Of a DNA stretch of 64,000 bases, positions 49,866-58,630 are shown in pieces. Made by a program: the position numbers and the translations under genes. Origin of the DNA: a virus; the IMG/VR virus record IMGVR_UViG_3300009537_000007, positions 1-64,000 of that record; one strand, given 5' to 3'. The notes beneath the pieces were generated by a model. It was not told where the DNA came from. It saw only the letters and a program-made list of their open reading frames with translations, and ran no database searches. Within the stretch, counting starts at the first letter, position 1; each line of letters begins with the position of its first letter.

Positions 49866-49904
49866 ACCACCCAAGGAGTTTGTTGCCCAAACTTGTGCAA
49901 CCAT
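49866..49904 (-). CDS. major capsid protein, exon 1 of 3 (13 aa, MVAQVWATNSLGG)
   Basis: AAGGAG 9 nt upstream of the ATG, right after the scaffold stop. ...NSLGG joins exon 2 to give NSLGGFMYSDKLS, a motif I recall at the capsid N-terminus. Confidence 0.55.
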
Positions 49905-49918
49905 GGTTGTTTACTCCT

Positions 49919-51001
49919 TCAGAGTTGTTTTTGGCGGCCCTTGATAATCTCCGCGATACCCTCCTGCCTGATCTCAACATCCGTCTTGGGTTTTTGAGGT
50001 GCAGCAGGGCCACCGCTTTGGACAGACCGCCCGGTTGGTGGTTTGACCGAAGCACGTTTTTCCGCCGACCTGTCTTTCGACAGGTTGACTTCTGCTCGGC
50101 CATTATCATCCCGATTAGGTTCAGCGCCCTCAGAGTCCTGACCGCTCGCTTTCTTCAGCCAACCACGGGTGATTACACCGGCACGATTGAAGATGTCCCG
50201 ATACGGCGGGCGAGGTTGCCCGCTTTTGGAGGCTTCAAGTGCTTCCGTGTAAAGCTTGTTGCCGATCTGGCCCGCAAGCTGAGAAAGATATGGATCGTTA
50301 ACGATGTCTGAGTATTCTTCACCGAATTCGGCTAGGGCCTGGTTCCATTCAATGCGCTCCATGACCCTTACTTCTACTTCTTCAGGCGAGGAACCTGCCC
50401 CGCCACGAAGGCTTTCTGCGGCCTTCTTTAACGCCGCAGCGGCTTCTTCCTTGTCGCCATACTGCAGCTTCTCCGCGAGATCGTCCCAGTTTGCCTGGGA
50501 TGGATCGTCTGGTGATTCTTTCTCGGGTGGCTCTTCCGCCCCCTCATTTTCTATCTTACCGGCCCTCTCCCTTGCTCTTTCCTCAAGTTCGTGGGCCCGT
50601 TTGAGAGACTCAGCGGCCTCGTTCATACGAGTCCGGGCCGCCTGCTCTATCTGATAATTCTTTTGAAGCTCGGCAAGAGTGACCTTCTGCTTCTGACCGT
50701 CAACGACGACCTCATACAGTTGCTCGTCCTGCTCTTCCTGCTCGTCCGGCTCTTCCTGCTCGGCAGATTCCTGCTCGGCAGATTCCTGCTCACCGTCTGG
50801 GGCGGCTTCCTGCCCCCCCTCTTCAGTGATCTCCTCCACCTCAAAGCCATCAGCCTTCAGCAAGTCGTTTCTTGCCTTGGTGATGTCCTCAATCGCTGCG
50901 CTCCTCCGGTCAATCGGATGGGGGCCAACAATTGCTTCGGTAGAATCAATAACGGCCCCATCCGGGGCCGCCTCTTCATTCGCCGCTTGCTTTCGTGGCA
51001 T
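49919..51001 (-). CDS. scaffolding protein (360 aa)
   Basis: Acidic, helical, E/A/Q-rich with an ESAEQESAEQ repeat. Sits between portal and capsid. Start at a TAATG overlap. Confidence 0.6.
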   Translation of the reverse strand: MPRKQAANEEAAPDGAVIDSTEAIVGPHPIDRRSAAIEDITKARNDLLKADGFEVEEITEEGGQEAAPDGEQESAEQESAEQEEPDEQEEQDEQLYEVVVDGQKQKVTLAELQKNYQIEQAARTRMNEAAESLKRAHELEERARERAGKIENEGAEEPPEKESPDDPSQANWDDLAEKLQYGDKEEAAAALKKAAESLRGGAGSSPEEVEVRVMERIEWNQALAEFGEEYSDIVNDPYLSQLAGQIGNKLYTEALEASKSGQPRPPYRDIFNRAGVITRGWLKKASGQDSEGAEPNRDDNGRAEVNLSKDRSAEKRASVKPPTGRSVQSGGPAAPQKPKTDVEIRQEGIAEIIKGRQKQL

Positions 51002-51291
51002 TACTTGTCCTCTTCTTCCAAGGTTTCTTCCTCTACCTCCATAGCCTGATGAATCATCTCCGTTATCGTCTCCTCTATCCAATTGAGACGGTAAACGGCG
51101 TTCTGATGCTTCATGATCTCTTTCGTGTCAGTCGGATCGATATGACACAGCGCGTCCTTGGCATCTTCGCGCTCACGCTCCAACTGGACCACCAGCATGG
51201 CCCAGCCTTTGCTTTCCTTAAGTTTTAAAAGCTCCTCTCCGGCAGCGATTAACGTCTGAGCGGTTACTTCAGGTTCCGTTTGGTCCACCAA
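51001..51291 (-). CDS. hypothetical acidic protein (96 aa)
   Basis: ORF between portal and scaffold. Overlaps the portal end by 23 nt. Confidence 0.45.
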   Translation of the reverse strand: MVDQTEPEVTAQTLIAAGEELLKLKESKGWAMLVVQLEREREDAKDALCHIDPTDTKEIMKHQNAVYRLNWIEETITEMIHQAMEVEEETLEEEDK

Positions 51292-53491
51292 TCAACTCCT
51301 GTAGCGTATTCTTTCTCACCTCGTTTCCAGTTTTGAGCGTTTCCAGTTCCCGATTGGCCTGCGCCCTCGACTGCTCCATATCCGCACCCTGGCGGCCCTT
51401 AAGAATTTCCTTCTGCAGAGTTGCTGTCGCCCGCTTGTCTTCCTGTTCAATATGGCCCTGGTTCTCAAGGTGCTGTTGCAGCACACGACTCATCGCGCTC
51501 ATGCGGGCAACCTCGACCTTGGCCTCGGCGTCGATCTCCTTGGTTTCAAGTTTCCGGTTCAACTCTTCGATCTGCTGCTGGAGCATCTGCACCATCGGAT
51601 CGACATCATCGAACTTGAAGAACCTCTTGCCGTCCCTGTAGCCAAGCGGGCCGAAGATTTCCTTGATTACTTCCTCGATATTCAGGAAAACATTCAAGCT
51701 ATCGCCGAAAATCGCACCGACCGACTCAGCGGCAATCCTGAACTTGTTAAGACGCTGCATAGGATCGGTAGCCCCGATTCCCACGTTCACCCTGATCGTC
51801 AAATCCTGGTCAAGAATCTTGTCGGTAATACGGTCAACGCCGAATTTCTGATACACCTGCGCCTTCTCCCCGGCGAGAGCGACCAGCTTTTCGTCCGTCT
51901 CATACGTCTGTTCCAGCCTGAGTATCTGCCTCAGGACCGGCTCGACCCAGGTTTCCGTAAACACCCGCAGATCAAGCTCCCCGACAAGATTCGCAGAACC
52001 GGACAACATCTCCATGCCGCCGACCGTTTCATTCATACGCCGGTTGGTCTGGACGGTGCCGGTAGAAAACGACCCGACAACATCGTCGAAGTCGGCATTG
52101 ATACGGTCCTGTTCCATGTAGGATGACTGAGTAACGTCCCTGGTTTCGAGGACCTTCACATCGCTATCGGTGTCTGAAACGAGGGTGGCGCTGCCGGGCG
52201 TGTTCCTCAAAATACTTCTAAGATCGACCTGCTTGCCGCGCTTGACCAGATACCGCTTGCCGAGGGCCAACTTGACATTATCCAGCCTGAGATTGACCAC
52301 ATCATTGGCTTCGGCCTGCAGGCCTTCCGTCAATTGGGGGACACCGCCCGGATAGGTTTTGTTCGTCTCCAGCATGGAATAACCCATGACGACAGGGCGA
52401 TCCCCATCCTTGCAGTGACGATATATCTCTTCCAACGGCACCGGATCGGAAAGAAGATCGGCCACACCCGCCGTGTAATAAACCCAATCGCGCCCCTTCC
52501 ACCGGATGATGTTCTCATGAACCCAGACGATGGAAAACTCTTCAACTGGAATTTCGCTTTCCTTGGAATCTTCACGATGCCCCTCACGATGAGATCGCGT
52601 TGAATCCCAAAGATGCCTGCTGGACGCCGCCTTCAATTCGGCCCTGCCAAGTTTCTTCCAGACTGGCTGGCCGTTCTTGGCGTTGGCCTCGTCCATGCGC
52701 TCCTCAACCTCATGAATATACATGGGGGTAAGAATAATCACGAATGGGCTGGTATTGATCGGGTCGCGCCAATCGGCCCCACGGTCTATCCGCACATTCT
52801 CGGGCGGCAGGACATCGATCCGTGGACGGTCGCGGAGAACAACCACATCCTCCACCGACTCCATGACCGGCAGGCCGTCATCGCCGACGACCGGCTCTCC
52901 CGTCACCTGATCCACGGCAGGCACATCAATGATTTCGATCCGCTCCTCGTATTCCCACCACTGCTTGGAGATGACCACGCCGTATTTACGGGCGTCCTGA
53001 TAAGCCCCGACAACCGTCATGAACCACGGAATGCCAGCCCGCTGGTTCGGAACCGTCAGCCGGTATTGCAGTAATTCCTTATTGATATCCGCGCTGACGC
53101 GCTGAATGTGGTCGCTATCGTTTGACGGGCGCACAGTGATGGCGTCCTCATTTGAGAAAAACGATGCCGCAGCCTGGGCCTCTCCCTGACGGATCGTTGC
53201 CCGCGTCTTGGGTCTGAACAGCTTGGAACGGGCCTTGAACGACTCCGAAAGATATTTGGAGCCGGAGGGGTGCCTGTTCTGAAACGAGCGCTCGCCCTTC
53301 TCCCACTGTGAACGAAGACTGGAATCCAAAAACTTGGTGCTGTCTTCATAGGCGTCCTGAGCCAGCTTTAACCAATCCGGCCCGGCAACATCCTTTTCGT
53401 TTTTCTCATTTCCGGTTTCTAGGCGATCCGCGCTGTCCCCCACAGACGCATCTTCGCCGGATGGCCCGTAGGGCGTTTTTACCTTGACCAC
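51269..53491 (-). CDS. portal protein (740 aa)
   Basis: Assigned from size and its position between terL and scaffold/capsid. No motif verification. Confidence 0.6.
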   Translation of the reverse strand: MVKVKTPYGPSGEDASVGDSADRLETGNEKNEKDVAGPDWLKLAQDAYEDSTKFLDSSLRSQWEKGERSFQNRHPSGSKYLSESFKARSKLFRPKTRATIRQGEAQAAASFFSNEDAITVRPSNDSDHIQRVSADINKELLQYRLTVPNQRAGIPWFMTVVGAYQDARKYGVVISKQWWEYEERIEIIDVPAVDQVTGEPVVGDDGLPVMESVEDVVVLRDRPRIDVLPPENVRIDRGADWRDPINTSPFVIILTPMYIHEVEERMDEANAKNGQPVWKKLGRAELKAASSRHLWDSTRSHREGHREDSKESEIPVEEFSIVWVHENIIRWKGRDWVYYTAGVADLLSDPVPLEEIYRHCKDGDRPVVMGYSMLETNKTYPGGVPQLTEGLQAEANDVVNLRLDNVKLALGKRYLVKRGKQVDLRSILRNTPGSATLVSDTDSDVKVLETRDVTQSSYMEQDRINADFDDVVGSFSTGTVQTNRRMNETVGGMEMLSGSANLVGELDLRVFTETWVEPVLRQILRLEQTYETDEKLVALAGEKAQVYQKFGVDRITDKILDQDLTIRVNVGIGATDPMQRLNKFRIAAESVGAIFGDSLNVFLNIEEVIKEIFGPLGYRDGKRFFKFDDVDPMVQMLQQQIEELNRKLETKEIDAEAKVEVARMSAMSRVLQQHLENQGHIEQEDKRATATLQKEILKGRQGADMEQSRAQANRELETLKTGNEVRKNTLQELIGGPNGT

Positions 53492-53839
53492 CTATTCCTC
53501 CGGTTTCTCAAAAATCATTTGCCTGTTTTCCAAATCATCGGGACGAAACTTCCCTGAATGCAACTTCAAATGCTCATATCTCTCAAGGAAATCCCCGCCC
53601 GCACGAATGACCTGAATCTCAAGATCGGGGCCGTCGATTTCGCTCTTCCTATTAAAGAAACCCATCTTCCCGTAAGGATCGCAGGTGAGATTCCTGATTA
53701 TCACCGCGTCCTGTTCAGGAGGGATATCCACACGCCACGACCAGCCCTCGTAAACCTCCGAAAGTATCCTGCCGATCTTCGCGGCAAGAACACGATCTTG
53801 GGGCCTGTCCCGTGGGCTGTCTTCAATACTTACACTCAT
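53492..53839 (-). CDS. hypothetical protein (115 aa)
   Basis: Abuts the portal start. Confidence 0.55.
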   Translation of the reverse strand: MSVSIEDSPRDRPQDRVLAAKIGRILSEVYEGWSWRVDIPPEQDAVIIRNLTCDPYGKMGFFNRKSEIDGPDLEIQVIRAGGDFLERYEHLKLHSGKFRPDDLENRQMIFEKPEE

Positions 53840-53976
53840 TCGACATCATCCTCTGCATCCTCGTCGGGCTGCGTCATGATTTCGATAATGTTCTGCTTTT
53901 CCAAATCTGACATGAACTCATATTCGCGCCGGGTAAACATTGCTCTCAGAATTCCCGGCAGATCGTCGTAGATCAT
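53836..53976 (-). CDS. hypothetical acidic protein (46 aa)
   Basis: ATGA overlap downstream and TAATG overlap upstream. Below the ORF-track cutoff. Confidence 0.4.
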   Translation of the reverse strand: MIYDDLPGILRAMFTRREYEFMSDLEKQNIIEIMTQPDEDAEDDVE

Positions 53977-54140
53977 TAGGTTTCATAGGGGCCCTTGGTC
54001 GGCCCCGAATCCCTGCGATGCCTGCCGCCGGAAAACCGATAGACGATTGGATATAGGCTCTCGGTATGCCAACTGGGGCCAGCAGCCTCCTGGACCAACT
54101 CCCGCCACCCTCTGGTTGTCGTTGTCGGTTTCCGTGCCAT
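53976..54140 (-). CDS. hypothetical basic protein (54 aa)
   Basis: GGAG 5 nt upstream of the ATG at 54140, just after the LamG stop. Confidence 0.4.
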   Translation of the reverse strand: MARKPTTTTRGWRELVQEAAGPSWHTESLYPIVYRFSGGRHRRDSGPTKGPYET

Positions 54141-54148
54141 GTCTGCTC

Positions 54149-54871
54149 CTAACTGTCCGGGAACGCCGCCGCCGGGGCGGTGAAGTTCGCCGTGTATCTT
54201 GCGACCCCCTTGGTGATGCGAATGTCGTCCAGCAGCCCATCCAGGAAATCTCCCGGCGTCGTGGAATGCTTGTATGCCCCTATGCGTAGGGTCTGGGCAG
54301 AATACAGCGTTCCGGTGTGTGCCGCTGAATCCTTTTGCGTTCCGTCCACGAACAGCCTTGCTGTGTCGCCGTCCCGCACAGCCGCCACATGATGCCACGC
54401 ATCGTCGTTAATGTCCGTCACCGCCGTTGACACCACCGTTCCAGCCCCGAGCCCCGTATTGTTCAGGTGGAATTCCAACAGAGCAGAACTGTTGTAGTAT
54501 GCAAGGTTCCATGACCGGGCACTGTTCTCCCAATCCCAATTACCCATAAGCTGACCGTTGGAACCGCTCTCTGCGGTCTTGATGAAGCATTCAACCGTGA
54601 AGCTCCCACCGGCCATATCGAAATCGGCGCTGTTGGGAACATCGACGTAGGCGCTGCTGGCCTCCACCAGGGACAGGGAATGAGTGCCGAACTTGGCCGT
54701 TGTGGAAAAGGCGTGGTTCGATCCGGTGGGCGTGTGCGGCGTGTTGGAAACATCGGTAAGGTTGTTATCAAGATGAAGGCCCAGAACAACGCTGGCGAAG
54801 TTGGGATCGGAAACCCCCCCACCGCCAACACCAGAATTGGAAAACCCCGGGCTCCCTGGCCTTATCAACAT
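54149..54871 (-). CDS. LamG/concanavalin A-like lectin domain protein
   Basis: ...FTVECFIKT...WHHVAAVRDGDTARLFVDGT...LRIGAY...GLLDDIRITKGVARY is the Laminin_G_3 pattern. Confidence 0.65.
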   Translation of the reverse strand: MLIRPGSPGFSNSGVGGGGVSDPNFASVVLGLHLDNNLTDVSNTPHTPTGSNHAFSTTAKFGTHSLSLVEASSAYVDVPNSADFDMAGGSFTVECFIKTAESGSNGQLMGNWDWENSARSWNLAYYNSSALLEFHLNNTGLGAGTVVSTAVTDINDDAWHHVAAVRDGDTARLFVDGTQKDSAAHTGTLYSAQTLRIGAYKHSTTPGDFLDGLLDDIRITKGVARYTANFTAPAAAFPDS

Positions 54872-55173
54872 TAACCCATTTCCGTAACGTGCAGATTCCC
54901 GCTAACCCCGGCAGCACTGCGTATGGCCGCCACCTTCGTCCCCGGGTTAACCGCAAAATACTCCACCGAATCTGCGGAAAGCAGTGGATCACTGGTAGTC
55001 GCGGTCGGAGCCGCACCGAAAGCAATGTGGCATTCTTCGGTAGCAATGACCCTGACGATCCTGGTGTTATTGCCAACGGCATTGCTGATCGCCGCCGACG
55101 AATCCGTGAACGCCGCTATCTGATTTGTTCCACATCCGAGGGCCTGAACTGCATGCCCACCTGATTGCGTCAT
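54871..55173 (-). CDS. hypothetical beta-rich protein (100 aa)
   Basis: Coupled ORF immediately after terL. Confidence 0.5.
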   Translation of the reverse strand: MTQSGGHAVQALGCGTNQIAAFTDSSAAISNAVGNNTRIVRVIATEECHIAFGAAPTATTSDPLLSADSVEYFAVNPGTKVAAIRSAAGVSGNLHVTEMG

Positions 55174-55184
55174 CGTTCCTTCTC

Positions 55185-56852
55185 CTAATTATCAACGTAA
55201 ATTTCTGGTTCGGTGCTGGTCGTGTGACCCGGCTCGTTCTCATAGTGGACCGGAGGACTGGCCTCCATATCGTAGATGCGCGACAACGCATCCAGGAAGT
55301 CATCACTGGGGGCGAACGGGAAGAAAGTATATTCCTCCATCATCCGGTCCAGGGTGTCGTAAAGCTTGCCGTCAGAATCCTTCTTGTGTATGGGCTTGGC
55401 TACGCGCCACTCCTCATTGTTTGCCATAACCTCTTGAGCTACCTTGGTTTTTCGCGGGTCCCTCGGGGTCCTGGCACCTTCGTCGTCGAATTCAAACACG
55501 GCTGGAAGCTTTATCCTGCCGCTCCTAAAATCAGGCTCCAGGCGCTCGATGCGCTTTTCCTTGGATGTCTTGCCGTCCCTGGGCCAGCAAAGTTCCTCAA
55601 TTGGGAAACTGCACTTCTCGATCTCCATACGCTCCTCGAAGTATTCAATATCGGTCTGCATGCCGAATTGCTCATACCCGATAAACACGCTCTCGACACC
55701 CGGCATGTTGTTCCAACGCTTCCAGAGATCACGGACAAGTTTCCACCGCACCGAAAGCGTCATCCGATGCCGCCAGCCGTCGAGAATATACTTGTTCCGG
55801 TTAACGTCCACGCCGACCACGGCAACCGCCGTCGAATCCGACTTGGCATGCTTGCCCTTGGAGGGATCGATCATGATATAAACATTCAGCCGCTTGGGCC
55901 GGACGGTCCAGAACTGCAGCCACCTGATGTCCAGCTTCGTCTCGGAGCCCGCCAGCGGATTTAGCAACATCTGGGCCGCAATCGTCGGCTTCGACGAGTT
56001 GCGCTTTTTTTTATCCCACTGCTTTTCGGTAAGAAAAACCGGCCTGCCGTCGAATGTCCCGTCGTGTGTCGCGGGATGGCGGCGCTCGCCGAGAACACCG
56101 CGCTGTATCATAACCGCGTATGTGTCGGCAAAATGATAACGGGTGCCGATGATCCACTGCCTGCCGTCCCGTGTCCCAAGATGCTCGGACAGCTCCCATC
56201 GTTCCGTGGTCTTTTTAATCATGTCCGGGGTGGTGACGTTTTCCTCGGTGATGATGTCGTCGTAAACCCTCAACCGAAAGTGCTTGCCGGTAGGCATGCC
56301 GTCCAACAGCCCCCAAGCCTCGACCGTCGCCTCCTTGGGGTTTGACTTTCGGCGCACGATAATGCCGCCGTCCTCTGACCACTTCGGCGCGTCCTTCTTG
56401 GGTTCCGCCCAAAGAACATCGGGGAACATCCCCTTCAAAAGCTCGTTTTTCTCAAGCTCTTCCTTGATCTGTTTCATGAACGCCTTGGAAGCGGGGCGGT
56501 CATGCGAGAAGATACCGATGGTAAGCTCCGGGTCCCTAAGGATTTCCTGGATCACCCCGGCAAAAGTTATGATCGAACTCTTATAATGATCTCTTGCCCA
56601 CAGATCGATGCTGTCGTCCGGGTCGGCCTCTACGTCCCTGCACCGCTGGTAAAGCCAGTCATGCCGACCGTCTGCGCGCTGCAACAGAACCGTGAAAAGA
56701 AAATAACGGTCGTGACAAGCCAACCAACGAATTGCCTGCCTGTCGTTGCGGCTGAATACGTCGGCGTAAAGCTCCTCGGCCTCCTGCCGGGTCATGGACC
56801 AGAGCCTCTCTTGCCCGGGAGCCATGTCCACCGATATCGTTGATGGCAGCAT
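55185..56852 (-). CDS. terL: terminase large subunit
   Basis: WARDHYKSSIITFAGVIQ, LRVYDDIITEE (Walker B-like), IMIDPSKGKHAKSDSTAVAVVGVD (nuclease Asp). 555 aa. Confidence 0.8.
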   Translation of the reverse strand: MLPSTISVDMAPGQERLWSMTRQEAEELYADVFSRNDRQAIRWLACHDRYFLFTVLLQRADGRHDWLYQRCRDVEADPDDSIDLWARDHYKSSIITFAGVIQEILRDPELTIGIFSHDRPASKAFMKQIKEELEKNELLKGMFPDVLWAEPKKDAPKWSEDGGIIVRRKSNPKEATVEAWGLLDGMPTGKHFRLRVYDDIITEENVTTPDMIKKTTERWELSEHLGTRDGRQWIIGTRYHFADTYAVMIQRGVLGERRHPATHDGTFDGRPVFLTEKQWDKKKRNSSKPTIAAQMLLNPLAGSETKLDIRWLQFWTVRPKRLNVYIMIDPSKGKHAKSDSTAVAVVGVDVNRNKYILDGWRHRMTLSVRWKLVRDLWKRWNNMPGVESVFIGYEQFGMQTDIEYFEERMEIEKCSFPIEELCWPRDGKTSKEKRIERLEPDFRSGRIKLPAVFEFDDEGARTPRDPRKTKVAQEVMANNEEWRVAKPIHKKDSDGKLYDTLDRMMEEYTFFPFAPSDDFLDALSRIYDMEASPPVHYENEPGHTTSTEPEIYVDN

Positions 56853-57178
56853 CAGTTGGTTCGCGCCGCCAACCTTGCATCAGCCATATCGATAAAATCC
56901 TCCACCATGTATCCGTTGACGCCCAAGCAGTAAGAAACATAACTCATGAACTCATGCGCCCCGTCGCGGTTGATCCCCTCGCCCCCCTCCAGCATGCCGC
57001 GCCGGTCTGCCGCCACCAGCATACACGCCCCCCAGAGAATGGATACGGCTTCGGAATCTTCATAAACCACGCCCCCCTCGTCCATGATCCTCAAACCGGC
57101 CTGAGAGGCGACACGCGCCAGCTCTCCGGGAATGGGCATAGAGGCGTTAACCACGAAATCGATTGCCGGGTCGCTCAT
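56852..57178 (-). CDS. hypothetical protein (108 aa)
   Basis: Its stop overlaps the terL start. Confidence 0.55.
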   Translation of the reverse strand: MSDPAIDFVVNASMPIPGELARVASQAGLRIMDEGGVVYEDSEAVSILWGACMLVAADRRGMLEGGEGINRDGAHEFMSYVSYCLGVNGYMVEDFIDMADARLAARTN

Positions 57179-57341
57179 CCATATACCCCATCGAACATTT
57201 AACCGAACAAAAATCCATGTCGTCCTCGGCGTGGAAATAAACGGCGCGGGGCCGCTTCTGGTTCGGTGCCACGATCAGAAAGCCGGTTACGGGGTCGGCG
57301 TCGAGTTCCACGAACCTGCCGCAGACATCACACTTCGTCAT
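57147..57341 (-). CDS. hypothetical Cys-containing protein (64 aa)
   Basis: Encodes MTKCDVCGRF...FCSVKC. Confidence 0.45.
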   Translation of the reverse strand: MTKCDVCGRFVELDADPVTGFLIVAPNQKRPRAVYFHAEDDMDFCSVKCSMGYMDERPGNRFRG

Positions 57342-57558
57342 CGGCAATCTCACGCCACGTATCGCCTACCGGTGCCTGCTCGATATCCCATACCCGGGCC
57401 AGCCCGGGAGTTCCGACCGGCTTCAGCTTCCAGCGCATGGCTTCCTGCGCGAAATTAAGCATTTCGGTCTTGTCTTTGGCCCTCATGATATTGATGAGAG
57501 CCCGCCTATGGATATTCGATATCTCGTAAGCGGCGTCTTCCATGAATGCGTAAGCCAT
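57328..57558 (-). CDS. hypothetical protein (76 aa)
   Basis: Internal ATG of ORF 57328..57837; the upstream part overlaps the preceding gene. Confidence 0.45.
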   Translation of the reverse strand: MAYAFMEDAAYEISNIHRRALINIMRAKDKTEMLNFAQEAMRWKLKPVGTPGLARVWDIEQAPVGDTWREIADDEV

Positions 57559-57643
57559 GCTCCATTCCAGAATTAAGTGGCCGTGGGCGGCCAGGAGGAG
57601 AGAGGAGGGAGATAACCGCCCACGACCAAGAGGGCATTGCCCC

Positions 57644-58111
57644 CTATAGGTAATTAGCATCCACGCTGTTGATCTTCGGCTTGCACGATGGGCAAATCCG
57701 AATTCCGGCGTGAGGACTAGGAAACATTTTTTCACAACCACCGAGACATTTCCGCAGTTGTTTCTGCTCGACCTCGGCGCGAAAGCCCATATCGCCGCCA
57801 CGGGTGCCGCGACGGGACAGCCCCCTCTTGGTTGCATATGCCGAAATGCTGGATGAACGAACCTTGAAATACTTGGCGATGTTCGCTATCGGAATGCCGC
57901 CATCCCACATTTTCATGAATTCGTCGTAATCTATTTTCAGTTCAGACGGCTTGCGGCCACTGACACACCTTGGCGGCAAACGCATAAGATCACGATGGCG
58001 CTGAACCACCGACACGCCGCACTGAAAATGGGCGGCGATCTTTTTGATCGCCACGCCCCCGTTCCATAGGGCGAGGAACTCCCCCCTGTCTATCTCCCGC
58101 CTCCCCATCAT
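57644..58111 (-). CDS. GcrA-like regulator with two HTH repeats and a C-terminal CxxC..CxxC ribbon
   Basis: EFLALWNGGVAIKKIAAHFQCGVSVVQRH and EFMKMWDGGIPIANIAKYFKVRSSSISAYATKRGLSRR resemble the GcrA N-terminal motif. The tail is RKCLGGCEKMFPSPHAGIRICPSC. Confidence 0.5.
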   Translation of the reverse strand: MMGRREIDRGEFLALWNGGVAIKKIAAHFQCGVSVVQRHRDLMRLPPRCVSGRKPSELKIDYDEFMKMWDGGIPIANIAKYFKVRSSSISAYATKRGLSRRGTRGGDMGFRAEVEQKQLRKCLGGCEKMFPSPHAGIRICPSCKPKINSVDANYL

Positions 58112-58296
58112 TCCAGCGGCAGCCCGTTCACAAGGTTGGACCGAACATCGAACTGCGGTATGTATTCCTTACGCAGCGCCGTATTACGCTGTTCTACCCA
58201 GAACTTCACCCCGGAAAACCCCCGCTTCCGCCAATAATCCTGCAACTTGTCAGCCAGAAAACAGGCGTTGGCGTGACTGCTCCAATTCTTCTCCAC
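58108..58296 (-). CDS. hypothetical protein (62 aa)
   Basis: ATGA-coupled. Confidence 0.5.
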   Translation of the reverse strand: MEKNWSSHANACFLADKLQDYWRKRGFSGVKFWVEQRNTALRKEYIPQFDVRSNLVNGLPLE

Positions 58297-58305
58297 CGGC
58301 TCCCC

Positions 58306-58446
58306 CTACTCGTTCCACCGGGACCACTTTTCCCGCTCCAGGTCCCTTTCGGCCTTCTGCTCGTCCAGATACTCGTCGTATTCCCGTGCGGTCGTCAGCT
58401 TGTCCGGGTCGAGCTTGTATTCCGCACAGAATTCAAGATATTCCAT
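58306..58446 (-). CDS. hypothetical acidic protein (46 aa)
   Basis: AAGGA upstream of an internal ATG. Confidence 0.4.
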   Translation of the reverse strand: MEYLEFCAEYKLDPDKLTTAREYDEYLDEQKAERDLEREKWSRWNE

Positions 58447-58621
58447 GCTTTTCCTTCTGCCTCTCATATGCCTCTGAAACGCGACGATTAACCGCTTTAT
58501 CATGTTCCTTGGTCGTCCCCGGATTTCGGTCGCCGCAGTGTGGACAGGGCGCGGATACAACCTTTGCATCCCACCACTCACGCAGGCATTTAAGGCATCG
58601 ATGATATGCTGTAAGCGCCAT
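58433..58621 (-). CDS. Zn-ribbon small protein (62 aa)
   Basis: CLKC...(13)...CPHCG; G-rich SD upstream. Confidence 0.5.
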   Translation of the reverse strand: MALTAYHRCLKCLREWWDAKVVSAPCPHCGDRNPGTTKEHDKAVNRRVSEAYERQKEKHGIS

Positions 58622-58630
58622 CGACCCCCC

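Noticed and set aside
55125-55964. 279-aa plus-strand ORF, and similar long antisense ORFs (11693..12466, 2674..3405, 659..1189, 28351..29076, 29470..30273)
   Set aside because: All lie opposite genes with strong motif or operon support. None has an SD, and they are rich in R/L/G/P as expected for reverse frames of GC-rich coding DNA.
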